From a virus (taxonomy: Duplodnaviria > Caudoviricetes), in IMG/VR virus record IMGVR_UViG_3300047311_000444, positions 1 to 57,458 of that record: DNA of 57,458 bases. One strand, written 5' to 3'. A program made the translations under genes and the position numbers. The notes under the pieces were generated by a model. It made no database searches and had not been told where the DNA came from. It saw only the letters and a program-made list of their open reading frames with translations. The stretch's first letter is position 1. Every line of letters starts with the position of its first letter. Of this stretch, positions 36,138 through 44,944 are shown piece after piece.

Positions 36138-36907
36138 AACTTCACATTGTCACGATCGTCCTGGACGGCATGCCAACTCTCCCGGCGCTCTTCTTCAACT
36201 TCAATGCGCTCAAGGTCGACTGGCATTGGACCATCATTGAGGGAGCCGCAGCGAATACATCGTGCACTTACTGGTGCAACAAACAAGCCCCTCGTTTAAG
36301 CGAGGATGGCACGCATGAGTTTTTGCAGATGATCAGCAGTCACCCTCGCGTCAGGATCGTTAGTACGGTGTTCTGGCCCGGAGGCAAGGTTCAGATGTTC
36401 AATCACGCGCTCGACCAGATCAAAGAGGAGGGCGTGCTGCTTCAGTGTGACGCCGACGAGGTTTGGCAGGCGTGGCAACTCGATAGGCTTGTAGACGCCT
36501 TTCGCTCGGACCCAAGCATTGGCTCTGCTCAGTTCGTTTGCCGGTACTTTCTCGGGGTGAACATCCTGTCAGCAACTCCCAACACGTACGGGAACAAGCC
36601 CGATGAATGGCTCAGAGCATGGCGTTTCACTCCTGGGGATAAGTTCCTTTCACATGAGCCCCCCAATCTCCACCAGAGACAGCCGGGGCATCGGATCAAC
36701 CCGGAGTGGTTGGCGATGGAGGGGCTCATGTTCGACCATTACGCTTACGCCTTCCCCAATCAGGTCCAGTACAAGGAGCAATTCTACGGTTACAGGAATG
36801 CCTTCAAGGGCTGGCAGTCGCTCCAGCAGAACAAACGCTGGCCAGTGAAGCTCAAGGAGTTTTTCGGGTGGGTGGACGATCGGGCGACGGCGGAACCACT
36901 GAAGTGA
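36134..36907 (+). CDS. Glycosyltransferase family 2-like protein
   Basis: TIVLDG, IIEG, SEDGT.EFL, LLQCDADEVW, FDHYAY. Confidence 0.8.
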   Translation: MKLHIVTIVLDGMPTLPALFFNFNALKVDWHWTIIEGAAANTSCTYWCNKQAPRLSEDGTHEFLQMISSHPRVRIVSTVFWPGGKVQMFNHALDQIKEEGVLLQCDADEVWQAWQLDRLVDAFRSDPSIGSAQFVCRYFLGVNILSATPNTYGNKPDEWLRAWRFTPGDKFLSHEPPNLHQRQPGHRINPEWLAMEGLMFDHYAYAFPNQVQYKEQFYGYRNAFKGWQSLQQNKRWPVKLKEFFGWVDDRATAEPLK

Positions 36908-37210
36908 TCATTTCTGCGGCTCGCGACCTTCGAGGACCAAATGGTGATAGTGGCACAGCCAAACGACTTCGAGGGGCTTCGTGTAATCAATGTGGTGCGG
37001 CTCAGTCTTTGGATTGCCGCAGGCTTCGCATATTCCCCGTAGAATCTTGCCCCTTTTGAGATAAACGTGCAGGTACGATCGAGCGTTTGAGCGGAGACGT
37101 TGCTCTGTCGTAAGTGGATGATTTGGCCTCCAGTTACGCATATATTTTGCGTGGCAGTTCCAGCAGTTTCTCTGTCCCGGACGTGCCTCATTTCCGCAAG
37201 CGCATGTCAT
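36908..37210 (-). CDS. HNH-type/Zn-finger endonuclease-like protein
   Basis: CEACG...PHHIDYTKPLEVVWLCHYHH; inserted antisense among late genes. Confidence 0.75.
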   Translation of the reverse strand: MTCACGNEARPGQRNCWNCHAKYMRNWRPNHPLTTEQRLRSNARSYLHVYLKRGKILRGICEACGNPKTEPHHIDYTKPLEVVWLCHYHHLVLEGREPQK

Positions 37211-37253
37211 CACTCCACGCAAACACCTTCTTTTCCGATTGTCGAGAAAGTTG

Positions 37254-37419
37254 TTGACTCCATCCGTAAAAATACGGATTGTCACGTCGAGATGTAAAAG
37301 GGTTGCTGGATTCTTCTCTCCAGCAGGCAGGACGGCGCTGCCCCAAAAATCGGCCTGTGTAGGAAACGACCCCGCGTAACCGCTCGCGCTTTGGCGCGGC
37401 AAACACAGACCGAACAGTT
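37254..37419 (+). promoter_or_regulatory. Capsid promoter and structured 5' leader
   Basis: TTGACT, palindrome ATCCGTA-AAAA-TACGGAT (37262-37279), hairpins TGCTGGA/TCCAGCA, GGCAG/CTGCC, TCGG.CTGTGT/ACACAG.CCGA. Confidence 0.45.
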
Positions 37420-38751
37420 ATGGCAACCTGGAATTGCGCCGCATTTTTCGACTTTCTCTTTGATCAAAGTCCCCACTTCGACAAGGACATCCTCAAGGAT
37501 TGGTTTCCCACAGATGACGCCTGGATCGGCCACGTCGCGACCATCCCGTGGGATTCTTTCACCGGCACAACGCATGTGTACGATCACGTGCATGTTGGCG
37601 CCCCCGACCTGAGCCAAGCCTGGGACACCTTCGATACCCAGAGCACGCAATGCGTGACGAACGCTTGCACGCCGAAAGCAATCTCGGTGGGCTGGGGATC
37701 GACGCGGAAGACCTACAGCCGCGAGCGCAAGCGCTACGAGACGAATGTTCTCTGCTTCGACCAGATGAACACGCGCGCCAAGGCCAAGCAGCAACTCGCG
37801 GAGATCATCCGGGGCATCAAGGACCTCACGAAGATGATCTGGAGCGATTACATTCGCCGCAACTCCCTGATGCAGTCGCCCACGCTTTACATCGCTGGCG
37901 CGGCTCGCAACACCGTGGCGATCACTCCTGCGATGTTCACGGGCGGCATGGCGACGATCGTCCTCGGCAGCGACGGGCTGTTGCCGACGAGCACGCTGAC
38001 GATCCAGTATCTCCAGCGGTTTTACGAACTGCTCCAGGGCAACGGTTACTTCAAGTCGAAGTACGTTCCCAATGGCGTGTTCAAACTGATCACCGACCCG
38101 ATCTCGACGCAGCAGTTGATCGAGATGAACCCGGCGCTCGTCTCCAACTTCAAGTTCACCGACTTCACCCGAGGCGGCGAACTGTTCAAGTACGGCATGA
38201 GCAAGGGCATCGGAAACTTCGGCATCGCCTGGGATTTGTTTCCGGCGCGCTTCTATCCCAAAAATGACGGACACGGAACGCTCGTCCGTGTGTGGCCCTA
38301 TCTGAATCAGGCCGCAACGATCGGTATCAAGCCGGTCTTCAATCAAAAGTGGGTGGACGCGCCGATTCAATACAGCCCGATCTGGCACCCGGAAGCGATG
38401 AAGCGCGCCGTGCCGGAACTCACTCCGGTTCATCCGGAAATGCCCTTCCTCACCCGCGACCTGGGCGGCAAGTGGAACTTCACGGGACCCGACAGCGACA
38501 CGATCGTTGTCACGGACCCGACGACCGGCCAAACCTGCGTGATCGACAATAAGGCGCGCAATCAGGGGCTCTGGTGGGCGGACTTCGAATCCGGTTTCAA
38601 GTTCGAGTATCCGGAATGGACCGCTCCGATCCTCCACCTGCGCGAACCCGGCTGCGTCGTGGACAATCCGGTCTGCACCACGGCACCGGCTTACGTCGTC
38701 CAGGACTACTCGGACGTGAATCCGGTCTGCACCGAACTGGGACCGTTCTAA
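37420..38751 (+). CDS. Major capsid protein (putative)
   Basis: 443 aa, strong high-expression codon bias, own promoter/leader and 3' hairpin, downstream of scaffold. Confidence 0.75.
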   Translation: MATWNCAAFFDFLFDQSPHFDKDILKDWFPTDDAWIGHVATIPWDSFTGTTHVYDHVHVGAPDLSQAWDTFDTQSTQCVTNACTPKAISVGWGSTRKTYSRERKRYETNVLCFDQMNTRAKAKQQLAEIIRGIKDLTKMIWSDYIRRNSLMQSPTLYIAGAARNTVAITPAMFTGGMATIVLGSDGLLPTSTLTIQYLQRFYELLQGNGYFKSKYVPNGVFKLITDPISTQQLIEMNPALVSNFKFTDFTRGGELFKYGMSKGIGNFGIAWDLFPARFYPKNDGHGTLVRVWPYLNQAATIGIKPVFNQKWVDAPIQYSPIWHPEAMKRAVPELTPVHPEMPFLTRDLGGKWNFTGPDSDTIVVTDPTTGQTCVIDNKARNQGLWWADFESGFKFEYPEWTAPILHLREPGCVVDNPVCTTAPAYVVQDYSDVNPVCTELGPF

Positions 38752-38759
38752 TCAATCTG

Positions 38760-38798
38760 GGGCGGGGGTGTGATTGCTGCGGGGCGTCACACCTCCGT
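38760..38798 (+). terminator. Strong hairpin after capsid gene (stabiliser or terminator, no U tract)
   Basis: GGCGGGGGTGTGAT...GTCACACCTCCGTC, 14 bp with G-U pairs. Confidence 0.5.
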
Positions 38799-38815
38799 CG
38801 CCGTAAGCGACGACA

Positions 38816-39193
38816 ATGGCGAGATCATACATGCAACCACGGACGCGGCGGCGCATGGCCGCTGCGGAAAATCCGATGGGTGAGGGCCAGAACAGTGAAC
38901 CGACCGGCGAGACAATGGTGGACCATCCTATTGACCCCGCTCCCTCGGGAACTCCTGCTCCCGCCGATGCTCCTTCGATCTTCGTCAAAAAGGAAATGCT
39001 TGGTGGCAAGGACTGGAAGGCGGGCGAGGAGATCGTTTTCAAAATCAAGGCGATCGACCCGGAAACTGGTGAGGCTGAGCTTTACTACGCTCCCGAAAAA
39101 GCCGGTGACGATCACATGGAAGAGCCCGCCGACGCAATGAGCGCAATGGACAACAAATTTCCCGCCGATCAAGGCGGGGCTGGAGGTTACTGA
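38816..39193 (+). CDS. Acidic hypothetical protein
   Basis: KAGEEIVFKIKAIDPETGE beta core with disordered ends. Confidence 0.7.
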   Translation: MARSYMQPRTRRRMAAAENPMGEGQNSEPTGETMVDHPIDPAPSGTPAPADAPSIFVKKEMLGGKDWKAGEEIVFKIKAIDPETGEAELYYAPEKAGDDHMEEPADAMSAMDNKFPADQGGAGGY

Positions 39194-39196
39194 TTT

Positions 39197-39583
39197 ATGG
39201 CTATCAACTGCGATCTGAACGCTCTCCTCGCCCTCTCAAAGTGCCTGGAGGAAACTTGCACGGCGGAAGAGGAACGCCTCGCCATTGACCTCTATGCTCG
39301 TATCGTCGAGCTTCAGGCGTCGGGTGGCGCTGACTACCGGAATGCAATGACGCTTCTGGCCAACGACGCGAAGCAGTTCCAGGTCTTGTTCAAAAATCAG
39401 CGTCAGGCGATCGCGCTGGCGATTGATCTCCAGAACGTCGTTGCCGTTGCTCCTTCATTTTCGACGGACATCAACGCTCTCAAGGCCGGGGCGAAGTGTT
39501 TCGAGTGCTGGGGAAGCGAGTTCAAAAAGAACGTGCTCCTATTCCTCAAGTGCCAACTCAATTCGCTCGGCAAGCCTGAATAA
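39197..39583 (+). CDS. Cys-module protein 1 (putative capsid decoration)
   Basis: C/TD.NAL...(S/A)KC..; ends FLKCQL. Confidence 0.65.
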   Translation: MAINCDLNALLALSKCLEETCTAEEERLAIDLYARIVELQASGGADYRNAMTLLANDAKQFQVLFKNQRQAIALAIDLQNVVAVAPSFSTDINALKAGAKCFECWGSEFKKNVLLFLKCQLNSLGKPE

Positions 39584-39585
39584 GC

Positions 39586-39708
39586 ATGGCGTGCGACGTT
39601 CAATCTGCGGCAGACGGAGCGGCTTGCTTCGAGTGTCTGTCGGAGAAGGAACTCTTGGTGCTGAAACTTTATCTGCTGTGCCAATGGCTGGCAGTTTTGC
39701 AACCGTGA
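39586..39708 (+). CDS. Cys-module protein 2, 40 aa MACDVQSAADGAACFECLSEKELLVLKLYLLCQWLAVLQP (not in ORF track)
   Basis: Fills the gap exactly; homologous to its neighbours. Confidence 0.75.
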   Translation: MACDVQSAADGAACFECLSEKELLVLKLYLLCQWLAVLQP

Positions 39709-39709
39709 T

Positions 39710-39934
39710 ATGCCAATCTCCTGCACACCTGAAGACCTCGCCGCAGCCGCCAAGTGTTTTTCCTGCCTGGATACTCAGTCCATGCTCGCGATCCAGACGT
39801 ACCTGCTCGCGGTGATCGCTGGCGGCTCGACCGACCCCGGAGTCCTCGCAGCGCAGGCCAAGGCGTTCCAGGGGCTCAACGGCAGGCAACTTGAAGTCCA
39901 GAGCTTTCTACTCTGTCAGATCGTTAATAAATGA
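39710..39934 (+). CDS. Cys-module protein 3 (two modules)
   Basis: SCTPEDLAAAAKCFSCL...YLL; TDPGVLAAQAKAF...FLLCQI. Confidence 0.75.
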   Translation: MPISCTPEDLAAAAKCFSCLDTQSMLAIQTYLLAVIAGGSTDPGVLAAQAKAFQGLNGRQLEVQSFLLCQIVNK

Positions 39935-41808
39935 TCTCATGCAGCCCAACCTCTTTGAATCAGCAAGCGGCTTGCTTGGAATGCTTAGACGATAAGACGC
40001 TGGCAGGTGTCCGGACTTACTTAATGTGTCAGTGGGCAAATGCGGGAGGAGGTCCGCCTCCCGGACCATCAACTCCGACCAATCTGCTGATTTCCAACAG
40101 CACCACAAATGGAAACATCATCCTGAACTGGACCGCTGGAGGACCTGCTCCGACGACTTACGAGGTTTGGGTGAGCATCAACGGCGGGGCTTACGCGCTG
40201 TTGAGCACGGTGGGCGGAGGAGTCACGACCTACACCGATACCAATGCAATGGGGGCTTCGGACCAGTGGTACTACGAAGTCCGTGCGTGCGATGGGGCAA
40301 CCTGCTCGCCGTTCACCGACCCGGCTGGAATCTTCAACGGATTCACGCACACCGTTAACACCGGACTCACTGATTACACGTTCCCATTTTTGCAATTCGT
40401 GTTCGGAGATTTCTTCGTCCAGAATCAGGCAGCGATGACAACGGTGTCGGTGCCGAAACTAAGGAAATGCACCGGGCTATTCGTCGTGAATGCCATGCCG
40501 GTGTTGACGAGTCTGGTGACGACCAGTCTTCAAACATGCACGATTTTTGCGGCCAACCTTAATACGGTGTTAACCTCAATCAGCGTGCCCGCCTTCACAG
40601 CGAACTCCTTGACCGGATTCTTCTTTGGTGATTGTCCCGCATTGCAGTTCTTGTCTGCCCCAGCATTGACAACCGTGGTTGGTGATTTCGACGGGAGAAA
40701 CAACGGAGCCATGTCGAGTATTGCTGTCCCGCTTCTGGCCACAGTATCCGGAGACATTTTCTGCCGATTCGCTTCCTCCCTCTCCTCTGTGGATTTTTCG
40801 GACCTCACCTCGGTCACCAACATCAACTTCGAATCCTCCGGGGGTTTCGCTTGTTCGTTTCCATCACTCACCACCGTAAGCGGCAGCATGGAATTCACCG
40901 GAAGTTCGATCAGTTCCCTCGATGCGAACTCTCTCACTTCAATTGGAGTGGAACTGAATCTTACTTCGTGCGGCAACCTTATGACGCTTTCGATGACGAG
41001 CCTCACCACGGTTGGGGTTGATATACTGATCGACTGCAACCTGCTCACCACTGCCACACTCACGTCGCTGCAAACTGTTTCTTCGGGAACCAACGCAGTG
41101 CCGACCCAGTTCCAGATCACTGCACCGAACCTGACTTCATTGAACCTGTCGAGCCTCACAAGTATCGGACTGGCCAGCAGCAATGCCAGTTTTGGATTAA
41201 CACTCAGCGTGGCATCCCTTGTAACGGTGAGCCTTCCCGCTCTTAATTCAGTAGCGGGAGCAACGTCAATACGTTCAGGCATTGGCCCCGTAAATTTTTC
41301 TGCCCCTGCGTTGACCACAACGGACGGCGATATAGATTTTTCAACGAACACGGTGATTGCCTCGCTTACTCTCACTGCATACCAGACCAACGGGGAACTT
41401 TTCACCCTCTCGGGCTGTACTGCTATCACGTCGCTGTCACTGCCCAGCCTCGTCTCAGTGGTTGACACATTGCGGTTCGACGGTTGCACTGCTCTGACGA
41501 GCGTCAGTTGTCCTTCTCTCACGACGATCTCTAACATCGGGCTCAATCCATTTGGATCAGCGAACTGCCCGCTGCTCACCAGTGCCAACTTTCCTGTTCT
41601 GGTCTGTGCGGATGGTCTCGTTTACGATCTTGCCGGTTGTGCGTTGGCTGCCGCATCGGTAAATCAGATGCTTCACCGTGGAGTTGTGAGCGGGACTACC
41701 ACCGGAACCTACAATCTCAACGGTGGAACAAACGCCGCTCCGTCCGGCGCAGGTGTCGCGGACAAAGCCACACTGATCGGGCTGGGCAACACGGTAAACA
41801 CGAACTGA
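39931..41808 (+). CDS. Cys-module + FN3 + leucine-rich (L-domain/BspA-like) repeat protein
   Basis: SCSPTSLNQQAACLECL...YLMCQW; PTNL..ILNW..YEVW..YYEVRA (FN3); many L.S.S.P.LT.V.G repeats. Confidence 0.75.
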   Translation: MISCSPTSLNQQAACLECLDDKTLAGVRTYLMCQWANAGGGPPPGPSTPTNLLISNSTTNGNIILNWTAGGPAPTTYEVWVSINGGAYALLSTVGGGVTTYTDTNAMGASDQWYYEVRACDGATCSPFTDPAGIFNGFTHTVNTGLTDYTFPFLQFVFGDFFVQNQAAMTTVSVPKLRKCTGLFVVNAMPVLTSLVTTSLQTCTIFAANLNTVLTSISVPAFTANSLTGFFFGDCPALQFLSAPALTTVVGDFDGRNNGAMSSIAVPLLATVSGDIFCRFASSLSSVDFSDLTSVTNINFESSGGFACSFPSLTTVSGSMEFTGSSISSLDANSLTSIGVELNLTSCGNLMTLSMTSLTTVGVDILIDCNLLTTATLTSLQTVSSGTNAVPTQFQITAPNLTSLNLSSLTSIGLASSNASFGLTLSVASLVTVSLPALNSVAGATSIRSGIGPVNFSAPALTTTDGDIDFSTNTVIASLTLTAYQTNGELFTLSGCTAITSLSLPSLVSVVDTLRFDGCTALTSVSCPSLTTISNIGLNPFGSANCPLLTSANFPVLVCADGLVYDLAGCALAAASVNQMLHRGVVSGTTTGTYNLNGGTNAAPSGAGVADKATLIGLGNTVNTN

Positions 41809-41809
41809 T

Positions 41810-42484
41810 ATGAAACGCACCGCACCATTCCTCCTCGTCGTGCTCTGCATGGCTGCATTGGCAGCGCACAAGAAAGTCCAGTCTCCCAAGGATGCGGAGC
41901 AGTCGTCTACTGCTGGCGCCGTCATGACGAACAGGACGGTCGCTCAGTCCTCGATCTCCAAGGCCCCGCCGTCCCCGCTGTCGTTCATCGTTCTGCCTCC
42001 GCCCCGGACAAATCTTGTCACTCATAAACTCTTCGCGTGGGACGAGGACCCGGACTTCCAACCGCTGGTGATGTTCTACACGATTTACATGGGCACCAAT
42101 GCGGGGGTTTACATTTGGTCTGACACGACTACGAATCTCACCTACGATTTCGCGCGCACCAATTGGGCGGAGCGAATCGCAAGACACTTCGTCACGGTGT
42201 CAGCGACGGACGAGTTCATGCAGGAGACGGACGTATCCAACGAGATTCACTTTCCAGCGTTCGACGCCGATCACGTGAGGATCACCTGGACTGCCAACTG
42301 GCCGATCTGCACCCTCTGGTATGAATATGAGGCGCAAGGGACTCCGGGAATGGGCTACCAACTGGCAGTGCTCCACTACACGAACGAGTTTGACGAGTTC
42401 ATTGACAAGTCCCTGCCTGCGAAGTTTTACTATTTGGACAAGCCTGATATTCTAACAATCACCTTGTTCAATCCCAACCCCTGA
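41810..42484 (+). CDS. Secreted FN3-like protein
   Basis: Signal peptide; FAWD...YTIYMGTNAGVY...FVTVSA...SNEI. Confidence 0.65.
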   Translation: MKRTAPFLLVVLCMAALAAHKKVQSPKDAEQSSTAGAVMTNRTVAQSSISKAPPSPLSFIVLPPPRTNLVTHKLFAWDEDPDFQPLVMFYTIYMGTNAGVYIWSDTTTNLTYDFARTNWAERIARHFVTVSATDEFMQETDVSNEIHFPAFDADHVRITWTANWPICTLWYEYEAQGTPGMGYQLAVLHYTNEFDEFIDKSLPAKFYYLDKPDILTITLFNPNP

Positions 42485-42505
42485 CGGTTCAACTTCAAAG
42501 AATAG

Positions 42506-42829
42506 ATGATAAAATTCGTGAAGACTTGGGTGCTAAAATATCCTGTGAAACTTGGTTTGGCGTTGCAAAATTTCGGGCACTACCTAATGGGCATTAGCGC
42601 GGTGTCCTACATCTCCGGAAACCACGCCACGGTGATGGAGGTTGCGATCATTGTCGGCTTCTTCATGGGGGGCGTCGGCCAATTCATCTCGACACTTTTT
42701 ACCAACGGCAGGAGTGTGGACATCGCGGCGCCCGTGATCGCGGAAACGACGGTTCAAACGACCCTCAAGTCTGCTGGCGCAAAAATCGTTGACGCTCCCG
42801 AAAAAACGGAGCAACCTGCCGCATCATGA
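42506..42829 (+). CDS. Putative holin
   Basis: Two hydrophobic helices, end of late operon. Confidence 0.45.
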   Translation: MIKFVKTWVLKYPVKLGLALQNFGHYLMGISAVSYISGNHATVMEVAIIVGFFMGGVGQFISTLFTNGRSVDIAAPVIAETTVQTTLKSAGAKIVDAPEKTEQPAAS

Positions 42830-43206
42830 AAACTCGAATCCTTCCAGTTCTCCTGCTCGCAATGCTGTTCATCGGTTGCGGGACCTTGTACACCGGCACA
42901 GTCACATTCACGCAGATCGCGGACGACACGCAGAAGCAACTCGCCCAACTGTGGGTCCAGGGGAAGATCACCCCGGAAATGGACGTGCAGATTGGCAGGG
43001 CCAACGAGCGGTATCGGGCCTCCGCTGCGGTCGCGGCCACGGCGCTTGTTGCTTACAAGAACGGTGGCAGTCAGATGGCGTACGTGAACGCCCTGATTGC
43101 CGTGCGCGCTTCGCTGGACGGTTTGGTGAACTTGATCGCTCCGCTGATTGAGAGCAATCAAGCCGTTGCCCTCAAAAAGAAAATCGCAACTGCAACAAAA
43201 CTATGA
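42826..43206 (+). CDS. Lipoprotein, possible spanin component
   Basis: Lipobox LFIGC after hydrophobic leader; helical. Confidence 0.55.
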   Translation: MKTRILPVLLLAMLFIGCGTLYTGTVTFTQIADDTQKQLAQLWVQGKITPEMDVQIGRANERYRASAAVAATALVAYKNGGSQMAYVNALIAVRASLDGLVNLIAPLIESNQAVALKKKIATATKL

Positions 43207-43457
43207 TCAACCCTTCAACAGTAACCTTGGTGGAGTCCGTGGCCAAAGTGGTTATCGACTCCGTGCTCGCCTTCCTCAAGGACGCTCAGAACGGCGGCGC
43301 CACGATCGACGACGCCATTGCAGCGCTTCAGGCGGCTGAGGGAAAGACCTGGGAGCAATACAAGGCGGAAGCGGCTGCTGCGGCAGGCGTGACTATTCCG
43401 GCTCCGACTGAAACTCCCGTCACCACAGGGGGAGAGGCAACTCCCAGCCCTTCATAG
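43203..43457 (+). CDS. Small helical protein, possible lysis accessory
   Basis: ATGA-coupled to the lipoprotein. Confidence 0.5.
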   Translation: MINPSTVTLVESVAKVVIDSVLAFLKDAQNGGATIDDAIAALQAAEGKTWEQYKAEAAAAAGVTIPAPTETPVTTGGEATPSPS

Positions 43458-43839
43458 CCGCGTCAGCAATACACTCGAATTCTCCAAAGGCTCTCACCAC
43501 GAAAATGACGTGGGAGAGCCTTTTCATTTCCGCCATCCACGCGAGTTGCTCAGTACTCAACTTTCCAGTCTTGGATTTTACCTCTATGCAGATCGTCTTC
43601 CCATTGGGAAAGAAAATCGTGAAGTCGTGAGCGCCAGTCGCGATCGTGGACCTGCGATCGGTGCGCGCGTGGATGTACTTGATTCGTGGACTTTGCCGGT
43701 TGCACCACGCAATTATCTCGTCGTGTAGCTTTAGCTCGTCGGTTGTCGCAGGGTAGGATTGATCTGGCGCTGGACCACCAGCAAGACGCAACCGACGCCT
43801 CCGCTCGTAATCGTCGTACTGTTGTTGTGTGAACGTCAT
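43420..43839 (-). CDS. VRR-NUC domain endonuclease
   Basis: E..LH.EII.W, GAHDF, IEVKSKTGKLSTEQ..W, VVR. Confidence 0.85.
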   Translation of the reverse strand: MTFTQQQYDDYERRRRLRLAGGPAPDQSYPATTDELKLHDEIIAWCNRQSPRIKYIHARTDRRSTIATGAHDFTIFFPNGKTICIEVKSKTGKLSTEQLAWMAEMKRLSHVIFVVRAFGEFECIADAAMKGWELPLPLW

Positions 43840-43966
43840 GGCCGCACGATGGGACACCCCGCTGTCCAGACCCCGCCGCGCTTCCGAATCGAACGGATTT
43901 GCGCCTCCCGGCCCATCGGAGCGGGTTGCGTTCTGTTACGCAAGCGGGATGCCCCACGGTGCGGCC
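43840..43966 (-). ncRNA. 127-nt structured RNA element with tRNA-like T-loop
   Basis: 24-position terminal stem (1 mismatch, 3 G-U) enclosing three hairpins, including TCCG-TTCGATT-CGGA. Confidence 0.65.
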
Positions 43967-44575
43967 TCATGGCACGCTCAGTCTAAAGTATTCCTGGTCC
44001 GCTGCACGGTTAAAGAGAGCAATCTCCTTGGAGTAGTTCGTGAAGATCGCCTGCCCCTGTGGATTGAATCCCACGACGACGGAGTTGCTCGGCTGACTGT
44101 AGTTCGGCATTCCGCCCACTGTTCCAAAGCTCAAGTAGACGTGCAAGGGAATCTGCTGCCATGTCAATTGATTGGTCGAGCAATGCAGCGTCGCTTCGAA
44201 GTAGAGCGCGAAGAGGTTGCCCTGCTCGTCCGTCCAGCCGTTCGTTGAAATATCGCTGTAGTCGATCGAGGGAGAGACCAGCGTGATGATGGGTCCGACC
44301 GGAATTATCACAACAGGCGGCTCGTTCGTATTGGTGTCCGGTGCGGGATGGTGTGGCGGGGGAGGAGGGTTGTCAACGGGCAGATGTTTCCGGCAGAAGT
44401 TATACAGCGCGGCCATGACTACGACTCCGATTCCAATGGCGAGTAAACCGATGACGCAGCCGGGGCCGCACGCCGTCACGTCTTCAGGTGGAGGGCTTGC
44501 TTTGACATCCGGAACCGGGAGGACAATCAGTGCCGTTATCAGCATCATGGACAGAGCCAGAATGAGGGATTTCAT
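43967..44575 (-). CDS. Secreted/membrane protein
   Basis: Signal peptide, TM helix, Pro linker, STNQLTW...YFRLSVP ending. Confidence 0.7.
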   Translation of the reverse strand: MKSLILALSMMLITALIVLPVPDVKASPPPEDVTACGPGCVIGLLAIGIGVVVMAALYNFCRKHLPVDNPPPPPHHPAPDTNTNEPPVVIIPVGPIITLVSPSIDYSDISTNGWTDEQGNLFALYFEATLHCSTNQLTWQQIPLHVYLSFGTVGGMPNYSQPSNSVVVGFNPQGQAIFTNYSKEIALFNRAADQEYFRLSVP

Positions 44576-44765
44576 AACGATTCATGGTTTTGAGTTTGAG
44601 CAGGTACAGGAGAACGAAGGAGTTGATGACTGTGAGAATTGCAGTCATCACCAGGGTTACGGACAGGAACACGTACACAGGGAAGTGTTCCCTGCGAATC
44701 GCCAGGAGCAGGAACGACACGGCGAAGGCGAGGAGAAAAAATGCACAGGCGAGTTTGAGTTTCAT
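44484..44765 (-). CDS. Small membrane protein
   Basis: Two hydrophobic helices; ATGA coupling. Confidence 0.55.
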   Translation of the reverse strand: MKLKLACAFFLLAFAVSFLLLAIRREHFPVYVFLSVTLVMTAILTVINSFVLLYLLKLKTMNRYEIPHSGSVHDADNGTDCPPGSGCQSKPST

Positions 44766-44944
44766 AAAGTGTCGATTGCTTTCCCGAATATGAGCACGCC
44801 CTCTGGTCTATTTTCAGTTTTGTAACCAAGGCGATGGAATTTGATTCCAATCGAGGGCGGCACGATAACTCCTGGTTGTCCAGCCTTGAATTTGTCGACG
44901 TATTTCTTCAAGGACCTAAACTCACGCATTTCGGCCTTGCTCAT
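44762..44944 (-). CDS. Hypothetical protein
   Basis: ATGA-coupled on both sides. Confidence 0.55.
   Translation of the reverse strand: MSKAEMREFRSLKKYVDKFKAGQPGVIVPPSIGIKFHRLGYKTENRPEGVLIFGKAIDTL

Noticed and set aside
43840-43966. Canonical tRNA gene
   Set aside because: T-loop present, but no 7-bp acceptor/D-arm/anticodon geometry or CCA end.
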